In this document: piece after piece, positions 1-11,200 of the stretch | Layout: every line of letters starts with the position of its first letter | Numbering within the stretch: position 1 is the first letter of the stretch | DNA from: Roseibacillus sp. | GTDB lineage: Bacteria > Verrucomicrobiota > Verrucomicrobiia > Verrucomicrobiales > Akkermansiaceae | Reading direction: 5' to 3' | Length of the DNA: 53,243 bases | Assembly (NCBI GenBank): GCA_965242925.1 | Contig: CBDEUM010000017.1 | Span: 1-53,243, forward strand | Made by a program: the position numbers and the translations under genes | Notes under the pieces: model-generated | The model's input: the letters and a program-made list of their open reading frames with translations, nothing else | Databases searched by the model: none | What the model was told of the DNA's origin: nothing

Positions 1-1807
1 GTGGGCTGGGCCTGGCCCAAGACACTGCTCCCACCCCCATTCGTGTCACCGAGGGCCCCATTCTCGGACGCCCCGCCCCCGATTCCATGACTCTCTGGGT
101 TCGCACCGAACGGCAAGGCGAGGTCGTGGTGTTCTACGGGACCGATGCCAACAAGCTCGATCAGCACCGCCACCTTCGCACACACGGGGTCCGGAGCATG
201 ACTACACTGGTCATACTAACTATCGGTAAGCTCTCTCCCGACACCCGCTATCACTACCGCATAGCTGACCACCAGTTAAGTGGATCCTTTCGCACCATGC
301 CTCGGGCAAAGGATTTCAAGAATCCCCAAGGGTAACCCCAAGGGATTGTTTAACTTCCGTTTCGAGTTCGCCTGCGGCAACAATCCCAAGGGCGGCGGCG
401 ACAGCGTTGGACCCACCTTGCCGGTCTTCGATACCTTGAACGCCAAGGTGCGCGACCAGGTGAACTTCGCCATCCTCAACGGCGACTGGCTTTACGAAAC
501 TCGCCGCGACTACCCGCCGCAGGAATGGCTTCACCAAGTAGGCCTCGAGCCGAAGCTCCACCGCATTGTCCGCCACGCCCCCACCGTCGTCGGGGTCTGG
601 CAAAACTACAAGGACCTGTTGCACCGCGGCCGTAACCTCAGCGGAGTGGCACCGTCACATGTGCCCACCTATTTTACCGCCGACGATCATGAACTGATCA
701 ACGATATCTACGGGCCCGGCGAGACCGGTTACGTCAACCGTCGAGCCGTTTTTCGGGACATCGCCACGCAAGCCTGGTTCGACTACCTGGCTTGGGCCAA
801 TCCCACCGAACATGATGTCGCCGGCCCATTTCGGTTCCGCTCATTTTGAAAAAGGATCCGACGTGCTGGAAGACCCCGATGCCGATTTCACCGAGCCTTC
901 CTCTGGCCGACATGGCCAACCTCCACGTCCACTGGGGCACGCCTACGGCAGGGGTACCCGATTCCAAGCTGGACGCCCAGCCGGGCAACCCGAACTCCGC
1001 GGTCTACGAAATCGTGAAGGTGCTGGGACCCAACAAACTGAATGTGAAGCCTGCAGCCAAGGCGACTGGTCGGGCATCGTATTCCATCGGGCGTCGCTGC
1101 TACGGCAAGTTCACCGTCTCCAATTGCGATTTCTTCCTCCTCGACACCCGCACCCACCGCAACCTTCACAACGTCGACCATCCGGACAACCCGAAGGCCA
1201 CCATGATCGGCAAGCAGCAACTGAAGTGGCTCAAGGACGGCATACGCAAGAGCAAGTCCGACTTCATCTTCGTGGTCTCTTCGGTCAACTTTATGGTTCC
1301 CCACGTCGGCAGCGGAGGAGGAGACGACAAGCAGGCCACGATCAAGAAGGATGATGCCTGGACTGTTTTCCTAAAGGAGCGTGAGGAACTCATCGAGTTC
1401 TGGGACGATCTGGACAAGGCGGTCTTTGTCCTGACCGGCGACCTTCACAACAGCTTCGCGATCAAGATCACGGACAACGTGTACGAATTCGCCAGTGGCC
1501 CGCACAACTCGATCAATCACGCTCCCATGAAGGACGAGGGCGGTCGCCCCGCCAATGGCAGGTTCAATTACGGCCCGCGGGCCTGCGACATCCGCTGGTC
1601 AAGCTATGCCATGGAGGACATCCCGCGGGCCAACCGCACCTTTCCCCATTACTGCGTGGTGCAGGTCAACAACGTCTTCAACAACCCGGTCGAGCGCAAC
1701 GGCGAGCGCTGGTTCGCCTTTCCGCACCCCAGGTCATCTTCCAGTTTCACGACGCCATCACCGGGGAGCTCCGTTACTCGGAGACCATCGTGCTGGGCCT
1801 GGACTAG
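1..1807 (+). pseudogene. phoD: Alkaline phosphatase D (PhoD-like metallophosphoesterase), 5'-truncated by the window edge and broken by several frameshifts
   Basis: ORF pieces 87-335, 280-849, 812-~895 and 846-~1730 join into one PhoD-like protein with motifs NGDWLYE, DDHEL, FFLLDTR, MIGKQQLKWLKDG and LTGDLH. After a -1 shift near 1730 the frame reads QVIFQFHDAITGELRYSETIVLGLD to TAG 1805-1807. It may be an intact gene with sequencing indels. Confidence 0.8.
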
Positions 1808-1836
1808 GGAAAACGAAACTCCCCAGGCAAAAAGGG

Positions 1837-2781
1837 CTACTTCGGAGTGGCCTCGCCATGGGGATAGCGGTAGTCGGCCTTGTCATCGGTTGACACCTTT
1901 CTGGTCGATCCATCCGCCAGGGTGTAGAGAAAGAGCTTCCCGCCCGCCTGGTAGACGATGGCGGTCTCGTCCTTGGTCCAGCGCGGGTAGGCAAACCAGA
2001 CCAGCTTGCCCTCCTCATTGGCGAAGGGCTTCGCCTTGATGATGCCGCGCTTGTCGGGATCAAAGTCGGCCACAAAGAGAGTGCGCCCGGGCACCTTGCG
2101 CTTGAATCCCCGCGTGTATTCAAAACAGATCTTCTTCTCCCCCGGGGAAATGCTCACCCGGTCAAGGGTGCCCGACTCGGCGAGGTCACAGGAAACACGC
2201 TCAAAGGTGGGTTTGCCCTTCCGGTCCGGCGTCATGAGGAAGTAGCCCCGCCGGTGGCCCGGGGGATTGCCTCCCACCAGGATCCGGCCGTCGCTGAGAC
2301 AGGTGTAGGCCCAGGTGTGATAGCCCTTCCCGGTGAGGGCATATTCCTCCCCCGGCCTGGCCCCCACCCTGCTCGCCATCACCCGGAAGGCCCCGGTTTG
2401 CAGATTCCGGCGATTCCAGATGGGAGTGTTGGTTCCGTCCCGGGTCCAGGTCTGGTTGAAATCGGTGTGGGTGCCATCGGTGAGCTGGTGGAATCCGCTG
2501 CCGTCCGCCTTGATGATGCAGATCGCGGTCTTCCACTTGACCACGTCCGGATCGTTCCTGAGACGCCGGAAGAAGACCAGCATGTCCCCCGTCTTCGACC
2601 ACGAGGGTTTGAAGTCCCAGTGCCCTTTCGTCAGCGGTTTGCCTTCCCCGCTACCGAGAACATTCACATGAATCTCCCCATCCTTGTAGTAGGACGAGCG
2701 GTGGCCCGTTTCCGCCCGGGCTGGCAGAACCGCGAACAGGAGGGCGACCGCAATGACAAGGCGGGGAAGGGACTTTCTCAT
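1837..2781 (-). CDS. Secreted TolB-like (PD40/WD40-like) beta-propeller protein
   Basis: Signal peptide MRKSLPRLVIAVALLFAVLPARA, plus repeats DFKPSWSKTG, DFNQTWTRDG, SISPGEKKI and YPRWTKDE typical of PD40 blades. Confidence 0.75.
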   Translation of the reverse strand: MRKSLPRLVIAVALLFAVLPARAETGHRSSYYKDGEIHVNVLGSGEGKPLTKGHWDFKPSWSKTGDMLVFFRRLRNDPDVVKWKTAICIIKADGSGFHQLTDGTHTDFNQTWTRDGTNTPIWNRRNLQTGAFRVMASRVGARPGEEYALTGKGYHTWAYTCLSDGRILVGGNPPGHRRGYFLMTPDRKGKPTFERVSCDLAESGTLDRVSISPGEKKICFEYTRGFKRKVPGRTLFVADFDPDKRGIIKAKPFANEEGKLVWFAYPRWTKDETAIVYQAGGKLFLYTLADGSTRKVSTDDKADYRYPHGEATPK

Positions 2782-3041
2782 CGTCTTGATTCAGCAGGTG
2801 ATCTCAGTGAATTAGTGGCGGAGTTCGTCCGGATAATCCGCAAGGTTTTACAGGGGCCCAGGGGGAACCTGCGACAATCATGTCGATTTGAGGAAGAATG
2901 GCACCCTGTCCGCAAAGAATCAGTTCCTTTTCCCTCGACCATGGCCCGCAGTTTTCGACAGGCTTCCTGCCAGAGCGCGGGAGGAAGTTCGGTGAAATCT
3001 GACCCGGACAGCCATGGCTGCGGAGAAGGTGGCTGCTCGAT

Positions 3042-5606
3042 GTGCTCTTTGCTCGGAAGGTGCTGCCGCTCTTCAAGGAGAAATGCATTGCCTGTCATGG
3101 AGGGGATCCAAAAAAACAACCGAAGGGCGGATTGGACATGCGCACCCGCGCAGACCTGCTCAAGGGCGGTGAAAGCGAGGAACCCTCGCTCGTCGCGGGC
3201 AAGCCCCTGCAAAGCCCGCTTTACCTGGCCTCCACGCGCGAGCACGAGGATGACTGGGAGCCGATGCCACCCAAGGAGAATGACAAGCTTAGCGTGGAGC
3301 AGGTGGCCTACATCAGGGATTGGATTGCCGGGGGTGCGCCCTGGCCGGATGCAAAGCGGATCGCTGCGCTGCTGAAGCAGAAGGATCCATGGGCCGGAGA
3401 GGGTGGGGTGCAGGTCCAGACCAGTGGTGGCTTGAGCAAGGAATGGACCAATCGCGAGTACGCTCCAGAGAACCTCTGGGCCTATCAGCCGGTTAAGCGG
3501 CCGAATCTGCCGACGAAGACCGCCAACCCCATCGACGCCTTCATTGGCGAGCAACTGCCCAAGGGGTTGAAACCGGCGCCACTGGCGAACCGCTTGACGC
3601 TCATCCGCCGCGTGACTTTTGACCTCACCGGCCTGCCCCCCACCCCGAAGGAGATTGATAACTTCATTAAGGATCAGAAACCCGGCGCCTACGGACGACT
3701 GCTTGAGCGCCTGTTGGCCTCAACCCATTACGGCGAGCAGATGGGGCGGCATTGGCTGGATGTGGTGCGCTATGCGGACAGCGGCGGTTTTGCCAATGAC
3801 TTTGAACGGCCCAACGCCTGGCGCTATCGCGACTATGTCATTCGCGCCTTTAATTCTGACACGCCCTACGACCAGTTTGTCCGCGAGCAGATTGCGGGCG
3901 ATGAATTGGATGCAAAAAATGTGGAGAACCTCATCGCGGTGGGGTTTCTGCGCATGGGGCCCTGGGAGCAGACGGGCATGGCGGTGGCTCGTGTGACGCG
4001 GCAGTTTTTCCTGGATGATGTGACCGACTCGGTCGGGCAGGTGTTTCTTGGCCACGCCCTGCAGTGCGCCCGTTGTCATGATCACAAGTTTGATCCGCTG
4101 CCGACCCGCGACTATTATTCCATGCAGGCTGTGTTTGCGAATACCCAGTTCGCCGAGGTGAATGCGGCCTTCCAGCCGAGTGAGAATACCGGTAGCTTCG
4201 GGACTCACAAAAAATATCACCAGCTTCGTAATGACGAAAACAAGCGCATGCTGGGTGGCCTGCCAAAGGAGCGGGTGAGCCCCAATGACTTTGGCCGTGA
4301 ACGACTGGGGAGCAAGTGGAGCAAGCTCTTCAGCTGGGGATATGACCGTTACCGACCCATTGCCTTCACTGTTTATAATGGCAAGACGCGCTTTCCCAAG
4401 AACGTTGCTTCCCGCCAGCAAAAGCCGGCCATTAATCCGCGCACCAAAATGGTGCCGGAGAAGACGGCCATCCTGACCGGGGGCGACTTGTTTTCGCCTG
4501 CTGATCCAGTTGAGCCGGGCGCCTTAAGTGTTGTTGGCCTTAAGGCTGATATTCCCGGGGAAGTGAACGGGCGCCGCACCGCCCTGGCGAAGTGGATAAC
4601 GCGTAAGGACAATCCGTTAACAGCCCGGGTGATGGTCAATCGTGTCTGGCAGTATCACTTTGGGCGCGGCCTGGCGGGGACCCCGAACAACTTCGGAGCC
4701 ACCGGGAAGAAACCGACCCATCCGGAATTGCTCGATTGGCTGGCTTCCGAATTCATGGCCCGGGGCTGGTCGGTGAAAGAACTGCATCGGCTCATCATGA
4801 CATCCGAAACATATCGTCGAGCCAGCACGCATCCGGATGTCGACCAGTTGGCCAGATTGGATTCTGAAGGCAACAGCTATGCCGTCTTCCGGCCGCGCCG
4901 CCTGGCTGCTGAGGAATTGCGCGATGCGATGCTGGCGGTGACGGCCGAATTGAACCGAAAACCCGGCGGCATTCCGGCTCGGCCGGATATGAACCTGGAA
5001 GCGGCGCTGCAGCCACGGATGATCATGGGCACCTTCGCCCCGAGCTATGTTCCCGATACCACACCGGAGCAGCGGAATCGTCGGTCGGTTTACGCTCTCA
5101 AGCTACGCGGCCAACGCGATCCCTTCATGACCACCTTCAATCAGCCCGGCCCGGACAAATCCTGTGAATTGCGTGACAGCTCCAATGTGACCCCGCAGGT
5201 GTTCACGCTCTTCAACAGCGAGGAATCCGCCGACCGCGCCCTGGCATTTGCGGCGCGGGTGCTCAAGGAAACCAAGGATGATGGCCAAGCGGTGCGCCGG
5301 GCATTCCGACTTGCCTTCGGCCGCGTGCCGAACAAGGCCGAGGCCAATGATGCCCTGCAACTTTGGAAGGAGACAACCCAGGAGCAGGCCAGGCGCAATC
5401 CCAAACCCCGCACTTATCCGACCGAGGTGATCCGTTCAGCAAACGAGGAGAATACCGGCCAGACATTTACCTTTGTGGAGAAGCTTTTTGAGTATGAGGA
5501 TTACCAGCCAGACCTTCAACCGCATCAGGTCGATGCGCGAACCCGTGGTTTCGCTGACCTGTGCCTGGCTTTGCTCAATGCAAATGAATTTTTGTACGTC
5601 TACTAG
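3042..5606 (+). CDS. Planctomycete cytochrome c (PSCyt1) + DUF1549 + DUF1553 (PSD1) protein; N-terminus uncertain
   Basis: CIACH heme motif, WAYQPVKRP, YGEQMGRHWLDVVRYADS, CARCHDHKFDP, RVMVNRVWQYHFGRG, PTHPELLDWLA and terminal NANEFLYVY. No signal peptide in this frame. Confidence 0.9.
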   Translation: MLFARKVLPLFKEKCIACHGGDPKKQPKGGLDMRTRADLLKGGESEEPSLVAGKPLQSPLYLASTREHEDDWEPMPPKENDKLSVEQVAYIRDWIAGGAPWPDAKRIAALLKQKDPWAGEGGVQVQTSGGLSKEWTNREYAPENLWAYQPVKRPNLPTKTANPIDAFIGEQLPKGLKPAPLANRLTLIRRVTFDLTGLPPTPKEIDNFIKDQKPGAYGRLLERLLASTHYGEQMGRHWLDVVRYADSGGFANDFERPNAWRYRDYVIRAFNSDTPYDQFVREQIAGDELDAKNVENLIAVGFLRMGPWEQTGMAVARVTRQFFLDDVTDSVGQVFLGHALQCARCHDHKFDPLPTRDYYSMQAVFANTQFAEVNAAFQPSENTGSFGTHKKYHQLRNDENKRMLGGLPKERVSPNDFGRERLGSKWSKLFSWGYDRYRPIAFTVYNGKTRFPKNVASRQQKPAINPRTKMVPEKTAILTGGDLFSPADPVEPGALSVVGLKADIPGEVNGRRTALAKWITRKDNPLTARVMVNRVWQYHFGRGLAGTPNNFGATGKKPTHPELLDWLASEFMARGWSVKELHRLIMTSETYRRASTHPDVDQLARLDSEGNSYAVFRPRRLAAEELRDAMLAVTAELNRKPGGIPARPDMNLEAALQPRMIMGTFAPSYVPDTTPEQRNRRSVYALKLRGQRDPFMTTFNQPGPDKSCELRDSSNVTPQVFTLFNSEESADRALAFAARVLKETKDDGQAVRRAFRLAFGRVPNKAEANDALQLWKETTQEQARRNPKPRTYPTEVIRSANEENTGQTFTFVEKLFEYEDYQPDLQPHQVDARTRGFADLCLALLNANEFLYVY

Positions 5607-5610
5607 GCAA

Positions 5611-5811
5611 TTGAAAAGCATCCTCACAGTCTTGTTTTGTCTGAGCGTGTCCCTGACGGGGGCGGAAAAGAAGCCGAACATCGGTCTGGAGAAGCTCACG
5701 CAGTTAACGTCGCTGAATCTCTATAACAACCCCGCCCTCACCAAGGCCCAGATTGATGAACTGAAAGAGGCGTTGCCGAAGTGCAAAATCACTCACAACG
5801 CCAGGAAGTAA
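5611..5811 (+). pseudogene. Short chimeric ORF: signal peptide + sulfatase-like start fused to the C-terminal tail of a leucine-rich-repeat protein
   Basis: TTG 5611 reads LKSILTVLFCLSVSLTGAEKKPNI then GLEKLTQLTSLNLYNNPALTKAQIDELKEALPKCKITHNARK*. Confidence 0.55.
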
Positions 5812-5818
5812 AAGAACC

Positions 5819-7201
5819 ATGAAGCGTCGCGAATTCTTATATGGGATCAATGGAGGGCTGGGCGCTCTGGCTTTTCATTCCATGCTGCAGGCTGAGCAGG
5901 CCAAGGGGCCTTCCGCACCCAGGGTGGCGCATTTTCCCAAGGCCAGGGCCAAGCATTGCATCTTCCTCTACATGGAAGGCGGTCCTTCTCATATCGATAC
6001 CTTTGACCCGAAGGCCAAACTTGAGGAATTGCACCTCAAGGAGTTCAACCGCTCGGGCGAAGAGCAAAGTGCCATGAGTTCGGGCAAGCGCTACTACGTG
6101 AAGAGTCCCTTTGAGTTTCACAAAACCGGGCAGAGCGGGGCGGATATGAACAAGCTCTGGAAAAACCTGGCCGAGGTGGCCGATGACCTGTGTTTTTATC
6201 GTGGGCTGCAGGTGGAGTCGGTGAATCACCCCACCGCAAACTACCACGTGAACACGGGCAACCGTTTCGGTGGTGATCCGGCCATGGGTGCCTGGGTCAA
6301 TTACGGTTTGGGAACTGAAAATGCTGACCTGCCCGGGTTTGTGGTGTTGCCTGAGCTGTCCCATCCACAGGGCGGTCCCTCAAATTGGGCAAACGGATTT
6401 TTGCCGACAAGTTATCAGGCCACCGCACTGCGTCCCAAAGGGTCGCCCCTGCTCGACATCCATCCACCAGCGGGGGTAACACGTACTCAACAACGCCGTA
6501 ATCTCGATTTCCTGGCCAAGCTGAATGACCGACACGCCAAGCGGCATCCGCAACACGAAGAGTTGGCGGCCCGCATGCGCAATTACGAGCTCGCTTTCCG
6601 CATGCAAATGCAGGTGCCGGAAATTGTGAACATCGACAGGGAAACCGAGCAAACCAAGGCGATGTATGGTGTCGGCAAGGAGCCCACCGATAATTTTGCC
6701 CGCCGTTGCCTGCTCGCCCGCAAGCTGGTGGAAAAGGGCGTTCGGTTTGTGCAGCTCTATGCCAGCACCTGGGACAGTCACGATTACATTGCCAAGGCCC
6801 ACGCCTCGCGGATTCACAACGTGGATCAACCCATCGCCGCCCTGATCAAGGACCTCAAGCAACGTGATTTGCTCGATGAAACCTTGGTCGTGTGGATGGG
6901 TGAGTTTGGCCGGACGCCCGACAATGGAATTCGCGGCGGCATCAAATACGGTCGTGACCACAATCCCCACGCCATGAATGTCTGGATGGCCGGCGGTGGC
7001 GTTAAGGCCGGCCATACCATAGGTGCCACCGATGAGATCGGGGCCAAAGCGGTTGAAGTGGTTCACCCGCTGCGCGATTTTCATGTCACCCTGCTGCGGT
7101 TACTTGGCTTGGATGACAACAAGCTCACCTACTTTCACGCCGGTCGCCACAAGCAGCTCAGCCAGTTCGGCGGCAAGGTCATCAAGGAATTGATCGGGTG
7201 A
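5819..7201 (+). CDS. DUF1501 family protein (Tat-exported, sulfatase-like fold)
   Basis: MKRREFL Tat motif, IFLYMEGGPSHIDTFDPK, LLARKLVEKGVRFVQL, WDSH, GEFGRTP, GRDHNP and AGGGVKAG. Confidence 0.92.
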   Translation: MKRREFLYGINGGLGALAFHSMLQAEQAKGPSAPRVAHFPKARAKHCIFLYMEGGPSHIDTFDPKAKLEELHLKEFNRSGEEQSAMSSGKRYYVKSPFEFHKTGQSGADMNKLWKNLAEVADDLCFYRGLQVESVNHPTANYHVNTGNRFGGDPAMGAWVNYGLGTENADLPGFVVLPELSHPQGGPSNWANGFLPTSYQATALRPKGSPLLDIHPPAGVTRTQQRRNLDFLAKLNDRHAKRHPQHEELAARMRNYELAFRMQMQVPEIVNIDRETEQTKAMYGVGKEPTDNFARRCLLARKLVEKGVRFVQLYASTWDSHDYIAKAHASRIHNVDQPIAALIKDLKQRDLLDETLVVWMGEFGRTPDNGIRGGIKYGRDHNPHAMNVWMAGGGVKAGHTIGATDEIGAKAVEVVHPLRDFHVTLLRLLGLDDNKLTYFHAGRHKQLSQFGGKVIKELIG

Positions 7202-7215
7202 GGTTCGTTTGCTTC

Positions 7216-7255
7216 GGATCGCACCCCACCTTCCCCGGAAAAGCCCCCTCCCGGC
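7216..7255. repeat. ~40-bp direct repeat R2, copy 1 (copy 2 at 15425-15463)
   Basis: ggatcgcaccccaccttccccggaaaagccccctcccggc vs ggatcgca-cccaccttccccggaacagcaacctcctggc; 35/40 matches by hand alignment. Confidence 0.7.
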
Positions 7256-7280
7256 AATTCACAGCCCATGACTATCGGCT

Positions 7281-7333
7281 TGATGGGCAGGGAAGGGTTC
7301 GAATCTTCGGAGACGCAAAACGGCAGGATTCAC
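7281..7333 (-). repeat. Degenerate copy of the tRNA-Tyr 3' half (att-like island boundary)
   Basis: 7281-7326 tgatgggcagggaagggttcgaatcttcggagacgcaaaacggcag aligns ungapped to 31864-31909 tggtgggcagggaaggattcgaaccttcgaaggcgtaagccagcag (37/46), same orientation; similarity fades at the anticodon loop. Confidence 0.8.
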
Positions 7334-7354
7334 CTTCCGCGCACTCCCTCGGGA

Positions 7355-8050
7355 TCATTTTCCCCAGAATCGCGCGTAAGCCACCCCGAGCTCGATCCCA
7401 CCGTCCCCGGGTTTCAGATGACCATAGAGAAGCCCCAGCATCCTGCGATCCCAGTCGCTCAGCTTCGGCGCCTTTCCATGATCCTGACCCTTCTCAAATA
7501 ATACGCTCTCCGGAGTCACCGCGGTGTCCCCGAGCGGTCCGAGGGCCTGGGTCATCTCCTCGAGCAGCACGTGCTGAAGCAGATCTCCCTCGATCCTGTC
7601 CACCGCAACCAGGACGGTGGCCCGCTGGATGAATTTCTTCTCCGTATTCCAGATCACCCACACGTAACCGTCCTGGTTCCCGGGCGGATCAAAGGCCCGA
7701 TCCCTGCCGATCGCCCCAAAACGCGATTGCGGCACCATGAACACCTCAATCCGTCGCGCCCTCCTGGACTCCTCCACCGATCGCAGCCGCATCGAGGTTC
7801 CTTCCAAGGCCCCATTCAACTGACCCATCACCCGGTTCAGGACCTTGCGGTGCTCCCCGCTCCCCTCCACCAGCACCACTTCGGGGGATTCGGTCCAGCG
7901 CACGATCCTGCCATCCCCTCCCCCGAACTCCTTCTCCAGCAGGACCTCATTCAGGTAGCGCAGGATCTGTTTTTCTTCGCCCGGAAGAGAGCCGCTCAAC
8001 AGAAACCCGACGAGCACACCCAGGCCACAGCATTTCCAATTCCCGGACAT
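7355..8050 (-). CDS. DUF2927-like secreted protein (putative zincin-like fold)
   Basis: ATG 8050 gives MSGNWKCCGLGVLVGFLLSG..., followed by IVRWTESP, HVLLEEMTQALG, SVLF and LSDWDRRMLGLLY, as in DUF2927. Confidence 0.7.
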   Translation of the reverse strand: MSGNWKCCGLGVLVGFLLSGSLPGEEKQILRYLNEVLLEKEFGGGDGRIVRWTESPEVVLVEGSGEHRKVLNRVMGQLNGALEGTSMRLRSVEESRRARRIEVFMVPQSRFGAIGRDRAFDPPGNQDGYVWVIWNTEKKFIQRATVLVAVDRIEGDLLQHVLLEEMTQALGPLGDTAVTPESVLFEKGQDHGKAPKLSDWDRRMLGLLYGHLKPGDGGIELGVAYARFWGK

Positions 8051-8156
8051 GGGGAAACCATCTGAAAACATCGACCACCGCACAAGTCCCGAGGACGAGT
8101 GGTTTGCGGTGGACCCGCACCGTGCAGAACACCACAACGGCCAGCGCGCCATGGCG
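8013..8156. repeat. 144-bp direct repeat R1, copy 1 (copy 2 at 14630-14773)
   Basis: Ungapped alignment with about 6 mismatches; contains the inverted pair ccaccgca...tgcggtgg. Confidence 0.95.
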
Positions 8157-8282
8157 TCTCCGCTCTCCTCCGATTGGGTTAGGGGGGTAATGGAGGGTGT
8201 TGCCACCGGCCATTCTCGACCTTGCATCTCCCTGAATTTCCCCCACCTTCGGGGGTAGCGCGAACACAGCGCATTTTCCCTT

Positions 8283-11200
8283 ATGCTGCCCCCCACACGG
8301 CACTTTTGGCGGCTTCGCTTCGCGGCCCGACTCCTTTCTTCCTTGCTGATTGCTTCCGCGGGCATGGTGAGTGCAGCCGTTACCACCTTCAACTACACGC
8401 AGGCCGATAGCCTCACCGGCTCCGGAACCATAGCGGCTCCGGCAGAGAGCATCGTGGGCGGGGTGACAATCACCTGGACAGAGACACAGATGCCACAGGC
8501 TTCAGTGCGTGATGCGGCCGGATCGGGAAGCCTGGGAGGAGCGGTTGGCGGATTCAACACGCAAGTCGGCAACAACGGCGGCAATGGTGAGGACGTCGCA
8601 ATCTACTGGAACTCCTCAGCGCTGACCACAAGTGGAGCAAGCACCGCGGAGCCTGTCAGTGTCGACATCCTGGGGAGCGGATCCGATGGCAACTCCTACA
8701 GCGTGGCGGTTCCGCTGGTCTTCTTCGGCGATAATGTCCTTCCGGACGAGAATTTCCCCGGCTGGGGCACCAACGATTACCGCTGGCGCCTTGAGTATGG
8801 AGACATCCTCGGCACCAACCCCGGGGGTTCCCCGCGCACTGCCATGTGGCTCTCGCCGACTTTCGCCCTGACGGTGGGTGGGCGCCAGCAGCGCTACACG
8901 CAGAACACCAATGCGCTCAACGGCGTTCTCACCAACACGGATACCAGTTCAGGTGCCGAGAAGGATGCCTTCGACCAGAACGGCAACACCACGGCAACCG
9001 CGGCAATCGGCCAGCCGCTCGAGTTCGGATTCGGATGGCGGGACAACGGTTCCCTCACCGGTGGGCCGGTGCTGGTTGATAATTTCAACGTTCAGGGACT
9101 GCTCGAGTTTGACGAGGCGGATATCGCCCTCGTCAACCCGGGTGGCCTCGACGGTGACGAACTGCCTGATCCCTGGGAACTTACCTACTTCCCCAACCTC
9201 AACCAGACCGAGGACGACGACGCCGAACCCGACGGCCTCACCAACGGCCAGGAGTTCAACCTCGGCACCAACCCCATACTTGCCGACACCGACGGTGATG
9301 AACTCTCTGATGGTGACGAATTTAACCAGTACGGTACCGACCCGGCACTTGCCGACAGTGACGGCGACGGGCTTGACGACGGTGAGGAAATTAACGGCGA
9401 CCCGGCCACCAACCCTCTCGCCGCCGACAGTGACGGCGACGGGCTTGATGACGGCCCGGAGGTGCTGACTTATGACACCGACCCAACCGATGCGGACAGT
9501 GATGGCGACGGCTACAACGATGGCATGGAGGTGGCGTCCGGTTCCAACCCCAATGACAGCGACAGCACCCCCCCCTTCCCGACACTTGATGCCCTGCTGA
9601 TCAACGAGTTCATGGCCGATAACAGCAGCATCTTAATTGATTCCGATGGTGACAGCCCGGACTGGATCGAGCTGTGGAACCCGGGTTCCTCCCCGGTCAG
9701 CCTTGCCGGCCACTACCTCACCGACAACCCGGCCACACCCGGCAAGTGGGCGCTGCCATCAATCACTCTCCAGCCAAACCAGTTCCTGCTCATCTTCGCC
9801 TCGGGCAAGGACCGCATCGGCCCGGGTGCCGAACTGCACACCGACTTTAAACTCGACAGGTCCACAGGTTCACACCTTGCCCTGACCCGCGAAAACGGTG
9901 ACGGAACATTTCTTGCCGTCTCGGCATTCGCCCTCTACCCGAAGCAGATCGAGGACATCTCCTACGGAACCTATGGCAATGACCCGCCGCTCTCCGTCGG
10001 CTTTTTCACCAATCCCACGCCGGGAGCGGCCAATGACCCCGGTGCTGTCGATGGCTTTGTTGCCGATACCAGCTTCACTGTCGACCGCGGGCTCTACCGC
10101 AATCCCTTTACCACCACGATCACTACCCCGACCCCGGGTGCCACGCTGATCTACACCCTTGATGGCACCCCACCGTCAATTGCCAACGGCACCCGCGTAA
10201 CCGCCCCCGATAATGCCACGCCGCCAAGTGCCGACATTGAGATCACCACCACCACCACGCTGCGGGCCATGGCCGTGAAGGCCGGGTTTCAGTCAACCAA
10301 CATTGATACCCATACCTTCATCTTCCCCGCCGACGTCCTGCAGCAGTCCAATAACTCTGTCCCGGCCCATGCCAACTGGGGTCACAATGGGCCGGATTTT
10401 GCAATGGACCCGGAAATCGTCAACCACAGCAACCCTGAAGTTCGCCCCACAACGGCGGACTTCCTGCGCGTGCCGTCTGTCTCGCTGGTGATGGACTGGA
10501 ACGTGATGTTTGGCAACGGTGGTATCTACATCCGCGGCGAGGGCGTGGACCGCCCGACCTCCATCGAGTACATCAACCCGGAGGGCGACACCAATGATCC
10601 CAATTCCAAGCGCGGGTTCCAGGTCGACGGCACGGTGCGCATCGTCGGTGGCTCAAGCACCAGCCGCTGGAAATCCGACAAGCTGTCCATGCGGTTGAAA
10701 TTCTCGCCCGACCTGCGCTATGAGTTCTTCGGCAAGGAGCGCGCCGACCGCTTCGACACCCTGGTCCTGGATCATCGCCTCAACAACGTCTGGCACTACA
10801 ACAGAAACTCCTCCCAGCCCGACCGTGCCCAGTATACCCACGACCAGTTCCCCGCCGACCTGCACAACCTGATGGGCGGCCTTTCCCCGGAGGGCAGGTA
10901 CTGCCTGCTGTATATCAACGGTATATTATGGGGCATCACGGAGTTGCACGAGCGCCCGGACGACAACTTCGCCGCGGAATACCTCGGCGGCGACAACGGC
11001 GACTACGATGCCATGAAACACCGCACCAGCACGGTGATAGCCGGCAGCAACACCAACTACAACGCCATGCTGGCACTCTCCCGCCAGGACATGACCGACC
11101 AGAACAGCTACGAGGCGGTGGCCGGGGTAGTGCACATCGAGAACTTCATCGCCTACATGATCGCCAACTACTACGTGGGTAATTCCGACTGGGCGCAACA

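Noticed and set aside
9150..9570. Repeated gccgacagtgacggcgacgggcttga units resembling a repeat array
   Set aside because: They are in-frame DxDGDG calcium-binding protein repeats within the 1722-aa CDS, not CRISPR.
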